DNA of 64,000 bases from the human T2T-CHM13v2.0 reference genome, Homo sapiens. The DNA lies in the NCBI RefSeq assembly GCF_009914755.1, contig NC_060929.1. The stretch is one strand, 5' to 3'. Both the position numbers and the translations under genes were made by a program. Positions 1-13,789 of the stretch are shown here, one piece after another. The notes below the pieces were generated by a model, which saw only the letters and a list, made by a program, of their open reading frames with translations, was not told where the DNA came from and ran no database searches. The number at the start of each line of letters is the position of its first letter. Position 1 is the stretch's first letter.

Positions 1-1172
1 CAAAAATGAAAAATAGAACTACCATACCCTCCAGCAATTCTACTTCTGTGTACATGTTCAAAGGAAATGAAATCAGCACCCCAAATAGATATCTGCACCC
101 CCATGTTTACTGCAGCACTATTCACAATACCCAACATATGGAAAACTAGCCTAAGTGTCCATCAGTGGATGAATGGATTTTTAAAATGTGACTTATATCC
201 ACCATGGAATATTATTCAGCCATGAAAGAAGGAAATTCTGCCATTTGTGACAGCATGGATGCACCTGGAGGTCATTACACTAAATGAAAGTAGACAGCCA
301 CAGAAAGACAAATACTGTATTGATTTAGTTTGAATATTTGCCCCACTCAAATCTCAGGTTGAATTGTAATCCTCAGTGTTAGAGGTGGGGTCTGGTGGAA
401 GGTGATGATATCATGGGGGCAGATTTCTCATGAATGGTTTAGCATTATCCTTTTTGTGCTGTCTTCATGATAGCGTGAGTTCTCATGAGATCTGGTTGTT
501 GTAAAGTGAAGCACCTTCCCCCTATACTCCCTCTCTTGCTCCTGCTCTGGCCATGTAATGTGCCCGCTCCTGCTTCACCTTCCACCATCAGTAAAAGCTC
601 CCTGATGTCTCCCCAGAAGCTGAGCAGATGCCAGCACCATGCTTTCTGTACAGCCTACAGAATCATGGGCCAATTAAACCGATTTTCTTTATAAATTACC
701 CAATCTCAGATATTTCTTCATAGCGATGCAAGAATGCCCTAACACATATATGATCTCACTTATATGTGAAATCTAAAAATGTTGAATTCATAGAAGTAGA
801 GTAAAAAGATAGTTTCTAGGGGCTGTTGGTGGGTGCCAGGTGGGATGAGGAAATGTTGCTCAAAGGGTAAAAACTTTCAGTTCTAATGTGAATAAGTTTT
901 AGGGATCTAATGAACGGTATGGTAACTATAGATAATAATACTGTATTGCTTACTTGGAATTTGATAAGACAGTAGATTTTAAGTGCCCTTGCCTGCCCCC
1001 ACCCCCACACACACCCACACAAATGGTAACTATGGGTGGCAGTGGATGTGTCAATTAATTAGACTGTGGTAATCAGTACACAATGTATATCAAGTCATCA
1101 CATGTTACACCTTGAATATATATATATCGTTTACTTGTCAACCAAATATTGTAAAATTAAAGAAAATAAAAC
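1..1172 (+). mobile_element. L1MA-type LINE-1 3' end (ORF2 tail plus 3'UTR), interrupted by an MSTB LTR
   Basis: L1 motifs 'atagaactaccata..ccagcaattctacttctg', 'cctaagtgtccatcagtggatgaatgga' and 'aaagacaaatactgtat|gatctcacttatatgtgaaatctaaaaa' read continuously once 321-751 is removed. A-rich end near 1170. Confidence 0.85.
321..746 (+). mobile_element. MSTB-like MaLR solo LTR
   Basis: TG...CA termini (tgatttagtttg ... cctaacaca), MaLR body with 'attaaa' poly(A) signal, 5-bp TSD tgtat (316-320) / tatat (747-751). Confidence 0.9.
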
Positions 1173-1904
1173 AGATGGCACATTGGATTTGGACCATTGG
1201 TTGTGGTGTGTGAACTCCTGTTCTAGGTGTATGGACTTCTCTGTCTTCTTCAAAGAATCCTAGTTGCTCCTACTCTCTGACTTCAGTCCAGACTGTTAGT
1301 TACTTAAAAGTATCACATCCCTCCCCATGCTCTCCACTAATGAATCTGGGACAGGACCTGATTTTGAAGGCAAGGATGAAAAAAAGTCAATCTTTTCTAA
1401 TATGATCCCAAAGATGAAGCATCTAGCAGACAGAGCTTTTATCATAGCTGTAGGGTGTTACTGTGCTTGAAGTATGGCTCTTTATTTCTGGTTTTATGAA
1501 ACACATCTTTCTGCTAACTTAGCTTCATTTGGGCTGAGGATTGAGAATGGAGCTAGGTGAGTCCCGTGTCCCAGAAAGGAGCTCAGTTAGGAGTGGAGGA
1601 ATAGAAGATGAAGAAAAATACCATTTCACTATGTTAGTAATCCTCAAACCACGTTATTGCATGCCAACTATTTGTCAATACACTGACTTTAATTTAATTA
1701 TTGTACCATAAGGACAAATAATGAAACTTTGCAACTTAATTTCTATGCAATGAAAAATCATTGACATTTTTATCAGGAGATAAATCTGTTTAAATTTTTT
1801 TTTCTTGGGAAATATAATTCTAACAACAAAGTACAATACAGATTAAAGAAGATAAAAAAAGAAGGACTGGATGCAGAAAGAAAAGTCAGCATGTCTTAAT
1901 TACA

Positions 1905-2265
1905 AAGTCTCAGTGGTTGCCAGGACTTGCAAGAAAGGAAAGGATGAAGAAGTCGAGCACAGAGGATTTTTCCGGCAGCAAACCTCCTCTGTATGATACC
2001 ATAATGTGGATACATGTCATTATATGTTTGTCAGAACCCAAAGAGTACACCACCAAGAGTGAATCCTAATGTAAACTCTGGATTTTGGGTGATAATGATG
2101 TGTCATTGCTGGTTCATCAATTTTAACAAGTGTACCTCTCTGGTGGGGGATGTCGATAATGGGGGAAGACTGTGCATGTATGGCAGGGAAGGATACATGA
2201 GAACTCTCTGTACTCTGTGCTATTGACTTAAATCCGCTGCAAAAAAATAAATTCTAGTTTTAACA
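1905..2265 (+). mobile_element. L1MC-type LINE-1 3'UTR fragment
   Basis: 'cagtggttgccagg', 'caccaagagtgaatcctaatgtaaactctgga' and 'ctggtgggggatgtcgataatggggga' are typical of L1MC1-3 3' ends. Confidence 0.75.
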
Positions 2266-2469
2266 AAATGTCTCTGGCAAGGAATAACTTCAGCCTTAAC
2301 TTGTCAGATGGCGTATATGGGTGCCATTTATGGCCTGAGCAGACATAGGTCCACAAAGACAAAATCTCCCAAGAAGGCTTATGGGATAGTGGGGTTGGAA
2401 GAGATGTAAAGCACTCGCCTTAAGACTGTAGTCTAGACAGAGCCACTCTGTCTGTTGGGCAGTATGCAA

Positions 2470-2990
2470 ATGTTATTTTCCAAAACGGCTGCAAAAAGAG
2501 CTCCCATCCCACATTTTTTCTTCCTGTGGATGCTGACACACCTCCTATAAAGAGGTGGGGTTTTGTCCCTCCCGCTTGAATCTTGGAGGGTCTATGATGA
2601 CAGCAGAATTGATGCTCTGGAACTTCTGAGAGTAGAACATAAAAGGCAATACAGATTTCACCTGATCCTCTCAGGACACTCGTTTCTGGAACCCAGCCAC
2701 CATGCTGTGAGGATGTGGCAAGACCACAGAGGCCAGGTTTCTGGCCTAAAGCTTCAGTTGGAATCCCAGCCAATAGCCATACAAGAGTACCAACATGTGA
2801 GTAAATGAGTCCCAAGATAACTCTAGCCCCAGACACCATTTGCTGCAACATCATGGGAGGTACCCAAGCAAAAACTGCCTAATGGGGCCCAGTCAACACC
2901 CAGAACTGTGAGAGGAAATACTAAAGTAATTATTTGTTTTTTCGTTGTTGTTTTGGTGCAATTAATTACATAGCAATAGATTTCCAAGTA
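2470..2990 (+). mobile_element. Old MLT1 (F/G/H-like) MaLR LTR
   Basis: 'agaggtggggttttgtccctcccgcttgaatcttgg', 'ggaacccagccaccatgctgtgagga' and a degenerate 3' end 'ttacatagcaataga'. Confidence 0.7.
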
Positions 2991-4249
2991 AGTACCATGA
3001 GTACAAAAAGAAGAGCCCAGGCGGGTGGTTGTTAATGTTTAATAATCAAATAGAAAGGAACAGTTAATAATATCATGCTATATCTTATGCTAATGTTTTA
3101 ACATTTCGAACAAGTGGTCCTAGATCTCATTCAGGGACCACACTATCACCCCCCTTTCCTAAATGTGCTACCAGATGGACAGGATCCTGCTTTCTTCAAG
3201 GCAAATGGCCTAAATGAGCCAGATGGGTGAAAAAAATACATCTTATGCTCAAATTGCTATCCATGTGTTTAATTTTAAAATTAAAAAAACCACTGTTTAT
3301 CATTCCATGTGTCTAGGTACTAGGCTAATAGAATTGGGTCACAAGATATTAAATCTAGAGATACTATTCATTTTTAGGAGTAATCTTACAAAATTACCTC
3401 CTTATCTTAAACACATTAATTCATCATTTGTTTTTTTATAGATGTGGTCATTTATCTCCTGGGACTCATACAAATCTTGATAAGGCCCTGTGGTACGTAC
3501 TTGAACCTAATAATAGCAACAAATCCATGGACCTGTCATTCATTTGGATACAATGAAATGCATGATTTAACAGGGCCACATTCTTGGGCTAATTCCACTC
3601 TTCAGTCAGCCAAGAGGCAGCTGCTTGAGCACATTCAAGGATGCAGAATGTGGCCACTCCTGCTTCCACTCCAACACTCACCCCTTCCATTCTCCAAAAC
3701 CAAAATTCTCTACCACTTTAGGGCAAAGGATAATATCATCAGCTTTCTGGCTTTCACTGTCCATTCTGTCCTCTCACTTGTATAAGCCCACTTCTGACCT
3801 TTTCCTCTCCAAGATCTGAGAATGCTATGTCCTTGTTCTTCAAAGTCACCACCTTCTTCTTTCTTCTTAAGCCTGCCCCTTCCTACTTTCCAGAGAATTT
3901 CCCCATAAATCATTCTCTCTCTGCTATATCTTCTGCTACTCCCTCTTCCATAACTCTTGACCCCACCTATAAACATTAGGAAAAATTTTCTCATTCTAAA
4001 AATTAATTATTTCTTCTCCTTGCATCTCTTTAGATGTCTCCCTATCTTCCCTTTACAACCAACCTCCGGAAAATGTTGTCAATATTTATTTTCTCTTGCT
4101 CAATGCCCACTTGTTCCTTGTTCTACCACCAACTGGATATTGCTCAAATGGTTTCAGCTGTTAGAGTTACCAATGAGCCTCTGCAATTATTTCCATCCTT
4201 TGTAAATAATACTCCCTCATGTTCATATCGCTCTCTCCTAATTTAACTA

Positions 4250-4320
4250 ATTTCCTTCCTTCTTTCCTTCCTTCCATTCCTTTTTCTTTCTTTCTCTTCT
4301 CTCTCTCTTTCTCTCTCTCA
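4250..4320. repeat. Polypyrimidine (TTCC)n/(TC)n low-complexity tract
   Basis: Directly visible C/T-rich run. Confidence 0.85.
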
Positions 4321-4789
4321 ACAATGTACAGGGTATAATTTGTTTCACAAAAAGTAGGTGGAGACCAACAGTTTCAGGTTTGCTCAACAAAACCCCTCAG
4401 ATGCTTCCCTCTTCCTCTTCTGATTTCCTCAGTGAGTTGTTGGCTTTTATTTCCGGGCCTGCTACTTCAGAATCTCAAGAGGGACGCCATAGTCATAACA
4501 ATCTCATCAGATATGTTCCTTGAGAGACTGAAAACAGGAAAATCCTGTCCTTGGTCTATTTTCTAAGAGCAAGAAAAATAATGGTAGCCCTCAGATTTCC
4601 CCTTATTTCTTCCTGACCAGGACTGCATCACATGCTCCTGGATTATCAATCCTAGCAAGGTGGAATGTCTGTGATTGGTTTAGTCTATGATTAGACTAAG
4701 ATATTGATTATCCACCTCCCCAGGGATGATGGAAAAGTGTTATTCCAAAGCATACAGGGTTCTGTCAGCCATGCAGGCAGGCGTAGAAG

Positions 4790-5550
4790 ACAACATTCAC
4801 TTCTATCTTTCTGAATGTCCTTTCTCAGCCTTCTTCTAATGTCCACTTACTTCAATTAGCCCTTAAATTTTGTTTGTTTCCAGGATTTCTTTCTCGGACT
4901 AATATTCTCCCTGTCCCCTTTTCTTAGATAACCTCACTCATGTCCATTGTTTGCATTATGCCTTAAACATTATAAATCTCCAAATCATTTTCTTGAGTTC
5001 ACCTCTTTTTTCTTGGCTATGGTGAGATATATCTCCAAAGGTCTTCCTAGCATTTCTACCAGGATTTTCCACAGTAAATTCAAAGTCAGCATGTTAGAAA
5101 ATGGAATTCACTGTTTCTGTCCTCAGTGCCACTCATTTTTAAAACTCTTAGCATCTTGTCTGTTGATTGGTGACACCATTTCATAACCATCTACCTAAAA
5201 ATACAAACACATCACTTCCATCTTAGACACCTCCTTCTCCCTTACCTACCACATCCACTTAGTTACAAATTACGTTGTCTATTTCCTAAATACCTCACAG
5301 ATCTGTAGCCTTTGCATCTCCACTGCCACTGGTTTCTCCTCTACCTTTATTGCCTATCACCTCCTTTTTATCTTATTACAGTGTTTAATCTTGGACCTGT
5401 TCATATTAACGCATGTAGTGCATTAGATTTTATGTCTTTGTTTGTGTACCTTTTATCTCTACCAGACTTTAAGGTACAAGAGGGTAAGGACCTTCTCTTT
5501 TTTATTTTTGGAACCCACTACAACTACATCAACCTGGCACATGGTAAGCC
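4790..5550 (+). mobile_element. L2 LINE fragments
   Basis: C/T-rich L2-like text ('catcttagacacctccttctcccttacc...cacatcc') and an L2 3'-end-like 'ccagactttaaggtacaagagggtaaggac'. Confidence 0.55.
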
Positions 5551-6619
5551 TTGTGAAACTTAAGTTTAATTCAGCTGACCAAACTCATGTATATAGAAAA
5601 GACAATAACACCTTCCTGCACTAGGCTTTCTTTCTCATCTCAGGGCAAGATATTCGAAGCAAGAACCTCTGTTTTCACTTCCTTTGTTATTTCCCAAGAT
5701 ACTGAGTACAGTGCTCTCTACCAATGATGACAAATGTATTCAAAAATGTTAAGAGGCCAAATAACCTGTGATATGTTCTATAGTCATGAGTGAACATGGC
5801 ATTTATTTATTTTTCCATTTTGTATTGAGCCCCCTTCCATCTGTATTGCATATGGACCCCCTAGTGGGTCACCATCAGTGCTTAATTCTGTAAAATGCAA
5901 TCATGGCTCCGATGATATCCATAATGTCTTCTGGATCTTATGTCTTATGATTCTGTGACTTTGAGATAAATAAGCCCATTAAGTAGGGGAAGGAAAAGTT
6001 CTATCCCTGATGATGTCCTATTCAGCTTACAAATGTAAATAGCTTATTTTTAACATGAGGCAAGTCTCAATCTTTGAAGGTTTCAAAGTATAATTGCTTT
6101 TTTGGAAAAGGCTATTTGAGAGCAGGAAAATGTTCTTTTGAATTTGGGTGAAAACTTGAAGGCATAGCATCTATGATTTATTAGAACTACTGGAATAAAT
6201 TATAACTTGAGATATTCCTTTCTCCTATGAAATTTTTAGTGTAATAACTATTTCTAGAATACACTCCCATAATTAAAACTAAAATAAGATTAAAGTACTA
6301 TAAAACAATTGATCACACCAAATTTAAACATTTTTATTAGACTGAGGGAAGTTTTCTTGCTTCTAAGAGCACACAGTAGTTTTCAATTAATTTACAAACA
6401 AAAAAATGTTATCCCTTCTAAATAAATTTTTATTTCCATTCCATTATTGACCTTTTTACCTTGAATGTTTTACACTTTAAATGTTTTACACTTAGAAAAA
6501 TTGTCATCTTTTCTCATAAATTTGGCTCATATTTCTTAAGGTATAAGGAACCATGTATTTTATATTTATATAATGTTTTATGGTCTACAATCTTCTTTTC
6601 AATCTATTTAACTACATCT

Positions 6620-6752
6620 AAGCTACATATTAATCTCATGAGGTAGATTTCACAGTTGAGGAAACTGTCACATTTATCCAAGATCAGATGATTAGTAAGC
6701 AATAGAACCAGGACAAGACTCAAATCTTCTGATATTTAGTCCAGTGTTCTTT
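6620..6752 (-). mobile_element. MIR SINE fragment
   Basis: 'atgaggtag..acagttgaggaaactg..ccaagatca..ttagtaagcaatagaaccagga' matches the antisense MIR core. Confidence 0.7.
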
Positions 6753-7094
6753 GAAACTCATCAACCATTCCAAGCTCAAAAAGTAAATATCCCCTTGCTT
6801 TTTATAAATCAGCACTTGGATTGCACTGGGATGTCCAGAGTATAAAATTGCTTATAGATTCTTGGTTACTCCTTCCTTTTTGCCATTTCAGTTTTGAAAG
6901 GGCAAACCTTGGGAAGGTGTCCAAGTTTTATGCAGTGAAAACTGTAGTTCCTGGGACTTGAGAAAGTCTAGTCAATTTTGTCAAAATAGAGAAAACTGTT
7001 CTTCATGTAACATTCATAAGACAAATGAATTTTTAAAATTTGCAAAGATGGCTATGTTATAACCTCACAAGCCACATTTCAAAACATATTAGCG

Positions 7095-9460
7095 GTCTTC
7101 TGCTTGTGGCCATCACTGAGTAACTTATACGAGACCAGCCCTCTCACCATAAACAACAATAAAACTGGACAAAATATATGAAATTTTTTTTAGATGTTAG
7201 AAAACAGGGAGCACAGATCTGTGATCCCTAAGAAAAGTAAATGTAAGATGATTGCCACAGTTACCCCAGCTTCCTTCCTGGAGGCACTGATAAATACAGT
7301 GGGGTGGAGGGCAAGAAAGGGCAGAGGTCTCTGCCCTGAGGATGCAGATATCACACCTTTGGTGTCCTGAGGTAGATAGATAGATATTGTGGAACAGAAA
7401 TGGAGACCTGTGCGGAAAAGGAACTCCAGGATTCCAAATGTGGTTTTCCTTATTGTTGGATCCAATACAAAACTCTCCATGCATGGAGCAAGAATCCATA
7501 AAATGGGGCCAAAAAAAAAAAAACAACTGCCGATGAAAGAAAAACTGCTGAGAAACATTGAATTGAACAGCTACTAGAAGACACCTAGGCTGAGATATAT
7601 TTGAGTAATAACTAGTCAGAGTGGAGACATCTTATTAAATAACTCTAACATTCAGTAGAGACCCAGGAGAGGTTATACTAGTCTAGTCCTATGTAAAAAC
7701 TAATCTGAAATTTCCCTAGCATAGCTTAAACACAAGGTTTGAATTAATTAAGCTTAAGTAAATTAACTGTCTGCTGGAACAAAACTCGACATTCTATTAA
7801 GGAAGAATAAAAAAGCCAGGTATTCAGCAACATGGCATTCATAATATCCAGCATATAATAAAAAATTACTAGACATGGTGAAGAAGCAGTAAAATGTGAT
7901 ACATAACAGAAAGAAAAGTCACTCCATAGTAAATTTAAATAGTTAATTTTTAGCAACATGAGATAAATCTCAGTCTTTAAGGATTTCAAAAAGTATGACT
8001 GCATTTTTGGAAAAGACTATACTCCAAAATAGATAAAGTGATAAACAAAAAAATTCTTTTAAAATGACTTAGAAAAAAAAGACACATTATTTACAAGGGA
8101 GCAATAGTAACTCTAATATCATTAGATAGACTGCCAACCTCACTAGAAACAATGTAAATCAGACTACATTAGAATGACATTTTTAAAGTACTGAAAGGGA
8201 AAATCCAAATCTCAAAAAACTATCCTTCAGAAATGAAGGACAAATTAAGTCATGTTCAGACAAACAAATGCTAACATAATCTGTTACCAGCAGATAAGCA
8301 CTATAGGGTATATTAAGATATGGAATCCTCAGACTAATGGAAAATGATATCAGGTGAAAATTCAGTCCACATAAAGGAATGGAAACTTCCAGAAAAAAAT
8401 AATGTGTAAATAAGTATGAATAATTTATTTCATTGCTTAATTCCAGAGGCAAATGAAAGTATACTATTATATGCTTGTATTTTATATTTATTTATTGTAT
8501 CTTATTATATTTTTATTGTTTACCTTTAATTGTATACTTTCCTTTCTCAGTAATAGAATAAGCACAAAAACACTCTGTATGGATATAGAAGACTTGAACA
8601 TCACTATCAACTGACTTGACTAACACAATTCACCTTTTTTTCCAAGTAATCATAGAGCACTTACCAATACCAACCATATGCTGTACCACAAAACAAGTTA
8701 CAATAAATTTTAGCAATTAACATCATATAGACAACAAAGTTAACTATTTTGATTTTATTTTAAAACAGAAAATCTCCAAATATTTTGAGATCAAGCAATC
8801 TATGTCTTAATAACCCCTGGGTTAAATAAGAAATTAAAAAATATTCTTACTTGAATGATAATTAAAATAAGACATATCCAAATTTTTGGAATGCAGTGTT
8901 TAAGGAGAATTTTATATCTTGACTTTCTTATATACGAAAGAGGAAAGGATTAAAATAAATGGTCATTGCTTCCACCTTAAGAATCTAGGGAGAAAAGTAA
9001 AAACCCAAAATAAGCAGAAGAAAATAAATAATAATGGAAATGGTAGATGTCAATGAAATAGAAAACAGATGAATAATATAGAAAACCATGAAACAATTTT
9101 GATTTTTTGAAAATATTAACAAAATCAATAACACCCTACCTAGATTGATCAAGATAAAAACAGAAAAAAACACACAAATTATCAGTATCAACTATGAAAG
9201 AGATGATATCACTAACAATTTATAGACATTAAAAGAATAATAAAGTTTATAGACATTTTCTATCAAGACTTAAAGGGTTAATTACTTGAATGATATGAAT
9301 TACTAAAACTGACAGAAGAGGAAATAGAAAATTAGAATAGTCCTATAATAAAGACATATATTTTTATTTAAAACCTTCCAAGAAAACTCCAGGCACAGAT
9401 GGCTTCATACATGAATTCTATCAAACAATTAAGGAAGTAATAATATCAATTTTACAAAAT
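7095..9460 (+). mobile_element. Old L1M (L1MC/L1MD-like) remnant with 5' region and degraded ORF1/ORF2 pieces
   Basis: A-rich plus strand. ORF1-like 'aaactatccttcagaaatgaaggacaaattaag' at ~8220. ORF2-like 'gatatagaagacttgaac' at ~8582 and 'aaaactccaggcacagatggcttcatacatgaattctatcaaac' at ~9383 (KTPGxDGF..EFYQ motif). Confidence 0.75.
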
Positions 9461-9498
9461 GAATAGAGTTCAAAGTATTTTTTGTCTTTAGGCTTTGA

Positions 9499-9820
<322 letters not shown>

Positions 9821-10149
9821 TTTACTCTTTGATTTTAAAAATAGCACTAGGTTTAGAGAGCAGCTCAATCTCTAAATGATATGACTACTATAAAAAAATC
9901 TTTAAAATTAGGTTAAGGAAGCAGAACTAAATCGAAACAAGAACTCTAATTTGAAACACCAATGTTGGTGATTCTTTCCTGAGCTGAGAGATAGTGGGCT
10001 GAGGGTACCACTGCCTCCCAGCTCAGGAGGTCAGAGAGTTGAGATATGTTTTACTGTGCTTTGTCACAAAGTTATAGTATGCTGAGTTGAAGTTACATAA
10101 TGCTAGTTACTGCCTCATTTTTCTGTTCTTTCATATGACTTAACTTGCT

Positions 10150-12640
10150 ATTTCTACTTCCTCTTCTCCTATTTTTCTTGATCTCACTCTAATCAAGCTT
10201 TCACCCCACTTCTTCACTGAAACTACCCTTGATAAATTTACTAATGACCTCCTGTTACCAAACCCAATTGTTATATCTTTACACTGAATAGTTCCTTCAC
10301 CTTGAAACACTTTCTTCTACTGGATTTGGGGACATACACTCTCTTGGTTTTCCTCTTACTTCAATGGCTATTCTCTGTCTCTTTTGCTAGCTTTTCTACC
10401 TGTTCCTACCTCAAAATACCAGGACATAAATTTTTTAATGCAACCTAGTACACAAACCAGAAACAGAAAATTCTCATAAAATGATATTTATACTTACTAC
10501 ATGAGATATATGTTGACAATTGCCTATTCTAGTCTAGATTTGTCTAATCTGTTTTAGTCTTGTTGATAGAAAAGAGTCAAACTCTTTAAAATATCTAAAG
10601 AAATTTGTTCTGAGCCAAATGTGGGGGACCATGACCCATGACACAGCCCCAGGAGGTCCTGAGAACATGTGCCCAAAGTGGTCAGGCTGCAACTTGGTTT
10701 TATACATTTTAGGGAGACATAAGGCATCAATCAATGCATATGGGTTATGCATTGATTTGGTCCAGAAAGGCAGAACGACTTGAACCATGGTGGGAGTTGT
10801 GGGGTTGTGGGGGCAGTTTACAGGTCATAGTTGGATTCAAAAATTTTCTGAATGGCAATTGGTTAAAAGAGTTAAATTATTATCCAAGGACCTAAAATCA
10901 ATTGAAAGGAGTGCTCGGGTTAAGATAAGGAATTATGGGGACCATGGTTCTAATTATGCAGATGAAACCCCCAGATAGTAAACTTCAGAGAGACTAGATG
11001 GCGAATGTCTCTAATCAGACCTAAAATAAATGCCAGACTCTTAGTTAATCTCTCCTGGATCAAAAAAAGACCTGGAAAGAGAAGGGAATTCTCTACAGAA
11101 TATAGATTTTCCCCACAAGAGACAGCTTTACAGAGCCATTTCCAAGTATGTCAAAGAAATATATTTGGGCATAAAATATCTTGATGTCTTTTAGGGCCTG
11201 CTGTCTGTCATGTGATGTCACTAGAGTCAGATTGGGTTTTGGTATCTTATTGCTACAAAGAGTTTGTTTTATCAGTCTTAAGATCGCTGTTTTAATGTTA
11301 ATGCTGATGAGTTGTGCCTGAATTCCAAAAGAAAGAGTGCATAATGAGGTATTTCCAACTCCTCCTTCCCATCATGGCCTGAACTAGTTTTTCAGGTTTA
11401 CTTTGGAATGTCCTTGGCCAGAGAAGATGGTTCCATTCAGTCAACTGGGGGGGCTCAGAATTTTAATTTTTGGTTTACAGGGTATTTACTACTTCTTTTT
11501 ATTTCTTGTTGCCACCGTTAAATTGATTTCAGGACCTCTACTGGTTCACAACCTGTCTTTTGAAAAATATTACTCTGATGGTTGTAGTGCCCCAGTGCTC
11601 AGGTTTTGAAACTTTTCTCTAGTCACATTCTTTTCTTAGGCTAAGCCATCCAATTTCCCAATTTTTAAAAGCATTTACACATTGGAATTTTTCAAAGCTA
11701 TATCCCCAGCTCTGAAACTTCCAGGAATACTAGCTTTTTATAGCTGACAACATATTCTAAATTTGAATGTAGATGTACACAAGAAAATTTAAATGTAATT
11801 TGTCTAATGCAGAACTTATGATATGCTCTCCCAACCTTGCTCTTCAGCCAATCTACCTTGTTTTAGTTGCTGAGGGTAAAAATCTTGGCACTATTCTGAG
11901 ACTTCTCTTTTTCAAATCCACAATCATATCAGCAAAAACATCCTGCCAGCTCTATCTTTAAAATATATTCTAAGTCCTACCATCTTTCATCATCATCTCT
12001 CACCTGAAGTATGACAATAACCTCTTTACTGGTCTCCCTGCTTCCACTCTTGTCCCATTAAAATCCATTCTTCATATAGTAACCAGGATGATCCTTTTAA
12101 AATGTAAATCACATATCCCTGCTCAGAAGGCCACAATGGCTTCAGATCATGCTGGAATAAAATCTCAAATACCTTCCAGGGCCCAAAGAGCTTTGTGATC
12201 TGGCCTCTGTCTACTCTCTGAATACTCTTCCATTTCAGCCAGGCTGGGCTCTTCATTGTTTCTCAAAGCCTCAGGCTTTCTCTTGTCAGGAAGACTTTGG
12301 ACTTTCTGATTCTTCTGTCTAAACCTCATTTCCACAGAGAGCACAGTTCTCTGTCCCTTCTGTCACTCAGATTTTGATAGAAGTTCAGAATTAAAGAGGT
12401 CATTGCTGATCATCCCACAAAAAAGAGCAAAACTTTGCCCTTGTCACTTTACCTGCTTTACTTTAATTCATAGCATTTATCATTACTCAACTTTATATTA
12501 TACATTTGTTTGCTTATGGTTGGGTTCCTTCTAGACTGTGTCACAAGAACATGAGCTCTGACTATTTTGTTTGCTGCTGCACCTGCAGTCCCTGGCAAAA
12601 AAGAAACATTCAATATGTATTTGTTGTGTGAGTGATTGAC
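10150..12640 (+). mobile_element. L2a LINE, 3' portion, split by a MER4 LTR
   Basis: L2 body at ~10150-10430 and ~11530-12640, ending in the L2 tail 'attcaatatgtatttgttgtgtgagtgattga'. Confidence 0.75.
10561..11479 (-). mobile_element. MER4-family (MER4D1-like) ERV1 solo LTR
   Basis: tg...aca termini, about 920 bp, with antisense MER4 text 'aagagtcaaactct..ttctgagccaaat..gacacagccccaggaggtcctgagaacatgtgccca'. No clean TSD seen. Confidence 0.85.
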
Positions 12641-12645
12641 CATTT

Positions 12646-13054
12646 GTGCTCATACCCAAGGCCTTGGAAGCCCACCTCTTGCATCAGCATGCCCTGGATG
12701 TGGAACATGGAGTCAAAGGAGATTATTTCAGAGCTTTAAGATTTAATGACTGCCCTGCTGGGTTTCAGACTTGCTTGGGGCCTGTAGTCCCTTTGTTTTG
12801 GCCAATTTCTTCCTTTTGGAACAGGAGCATTTACCCAATACCTGTACCTGCATTGTATCTTGGAAGTAACTAACTTGCTTTTTATTTTACAGGATCATAG
12901 GCGGAAGAGACTTGCCTTATCTCAGATGAGACTTTGGACTTGGACTTTTGAGTTAATGCTGAAATGAGTTAAGACTTTGGGGGACTGTGGAGAAGGCATA
13001 CATGGTTTTGAAATGTGGGGAGGGCATGAGATTTTGGAGGGGCCAGGGGCAGAA
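12646..13054 (+). mobile_element. MSTA-int (MaLR internal) 3' part, 5'-truncated
   Basis: 'gcatcagcatgccctggatgtgg', 'gactttggacttggacttttgagttaatgctg' and the purine tract 'ggaggggccaggggcagaa' directly before the LTR. Confidence 0.88.
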
Positions 13055-13420
13055 TGATATGGTTTGGCTCTGTGTCCCCACCCAAATCTCATCTCGAACT
13101 ATAATCTTGAGTGTTGGGGGAGGGACCTGGTGGGAGGCGATTGGATCATGGGGGTGGATTTCCCTCTTGCTGTTCTCATGATAGTGAGCAAGTTCTCACA
13201 AGATCTGGTAAGACAGAGCAGGAGAGAGAGAGCAAAGGGAGAAGGGCTACACACTTACCCCCATCCCCTTCATCTTCTGCCATAATTTTGAGTTTCCTGA
13301 GGCCTCCCAGCCATGCTTCCTGTACAGCCTGTGGAACTGTGAGTCAATTAAACCTCTTTTCTTCATAAACTACCCAGTCTCAGGTAGTTTTTTATAGCAG
13401 TATGAGAAGGGACTAGTATA
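13055..13420 (+). mobile_element. MSTA LTR (3' LTR) carrying an internal micro-inversion
   Basis: Starts 'tgatatggtttggctctgtgtccccacccaaatctc' and ends 'gactagtata'. Segment 13207-13259 is in reverse orientation. Confidence 0.9.
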
Positions 13421-13789
13421 GCTCATGTAAATATTAACTTCACATTTAATTTCATTATCTTTGGGACCCAAAGGTGGTGTATTTAGCAAGCATGAGGATA
13501 TGAGCAGGTGGAGCCAAAAGTCCCCTAGAGGAAAAGAAAAGATGCCAAAGGGGAGGCGGTCACACAGAAATGGATGAGAGGAGCTTGGAAGGCAACATCT
13601 TCATCTTTGCTGTATTGCCTAGAGTCAATGCTCTCAAGCACCTCGGAGTATTCTGAATGAACTAGCGTTTTGCAAATGCCACAGGGCTTTTAACAAGTCC
13701 TTTGAATGTCCGAAGAAGTTGCATGGTGGCATCAATACAGGCTCATGTCAAGTCACTTCTCCAATACCGTTTCTGGTACATAACAATAC

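Noticed and set aside
4340-4780. Possible very old MLT1J/K LTR
   Set aside because: The resemblance is too weak to assign by eye.
7190-7558. Hydrophobic 122-aa ORF resembling a membrane protein
   Set aside because: It is the T-rich antisense of an A-rich L1 5' region, so the hydrophobicity is compositional.
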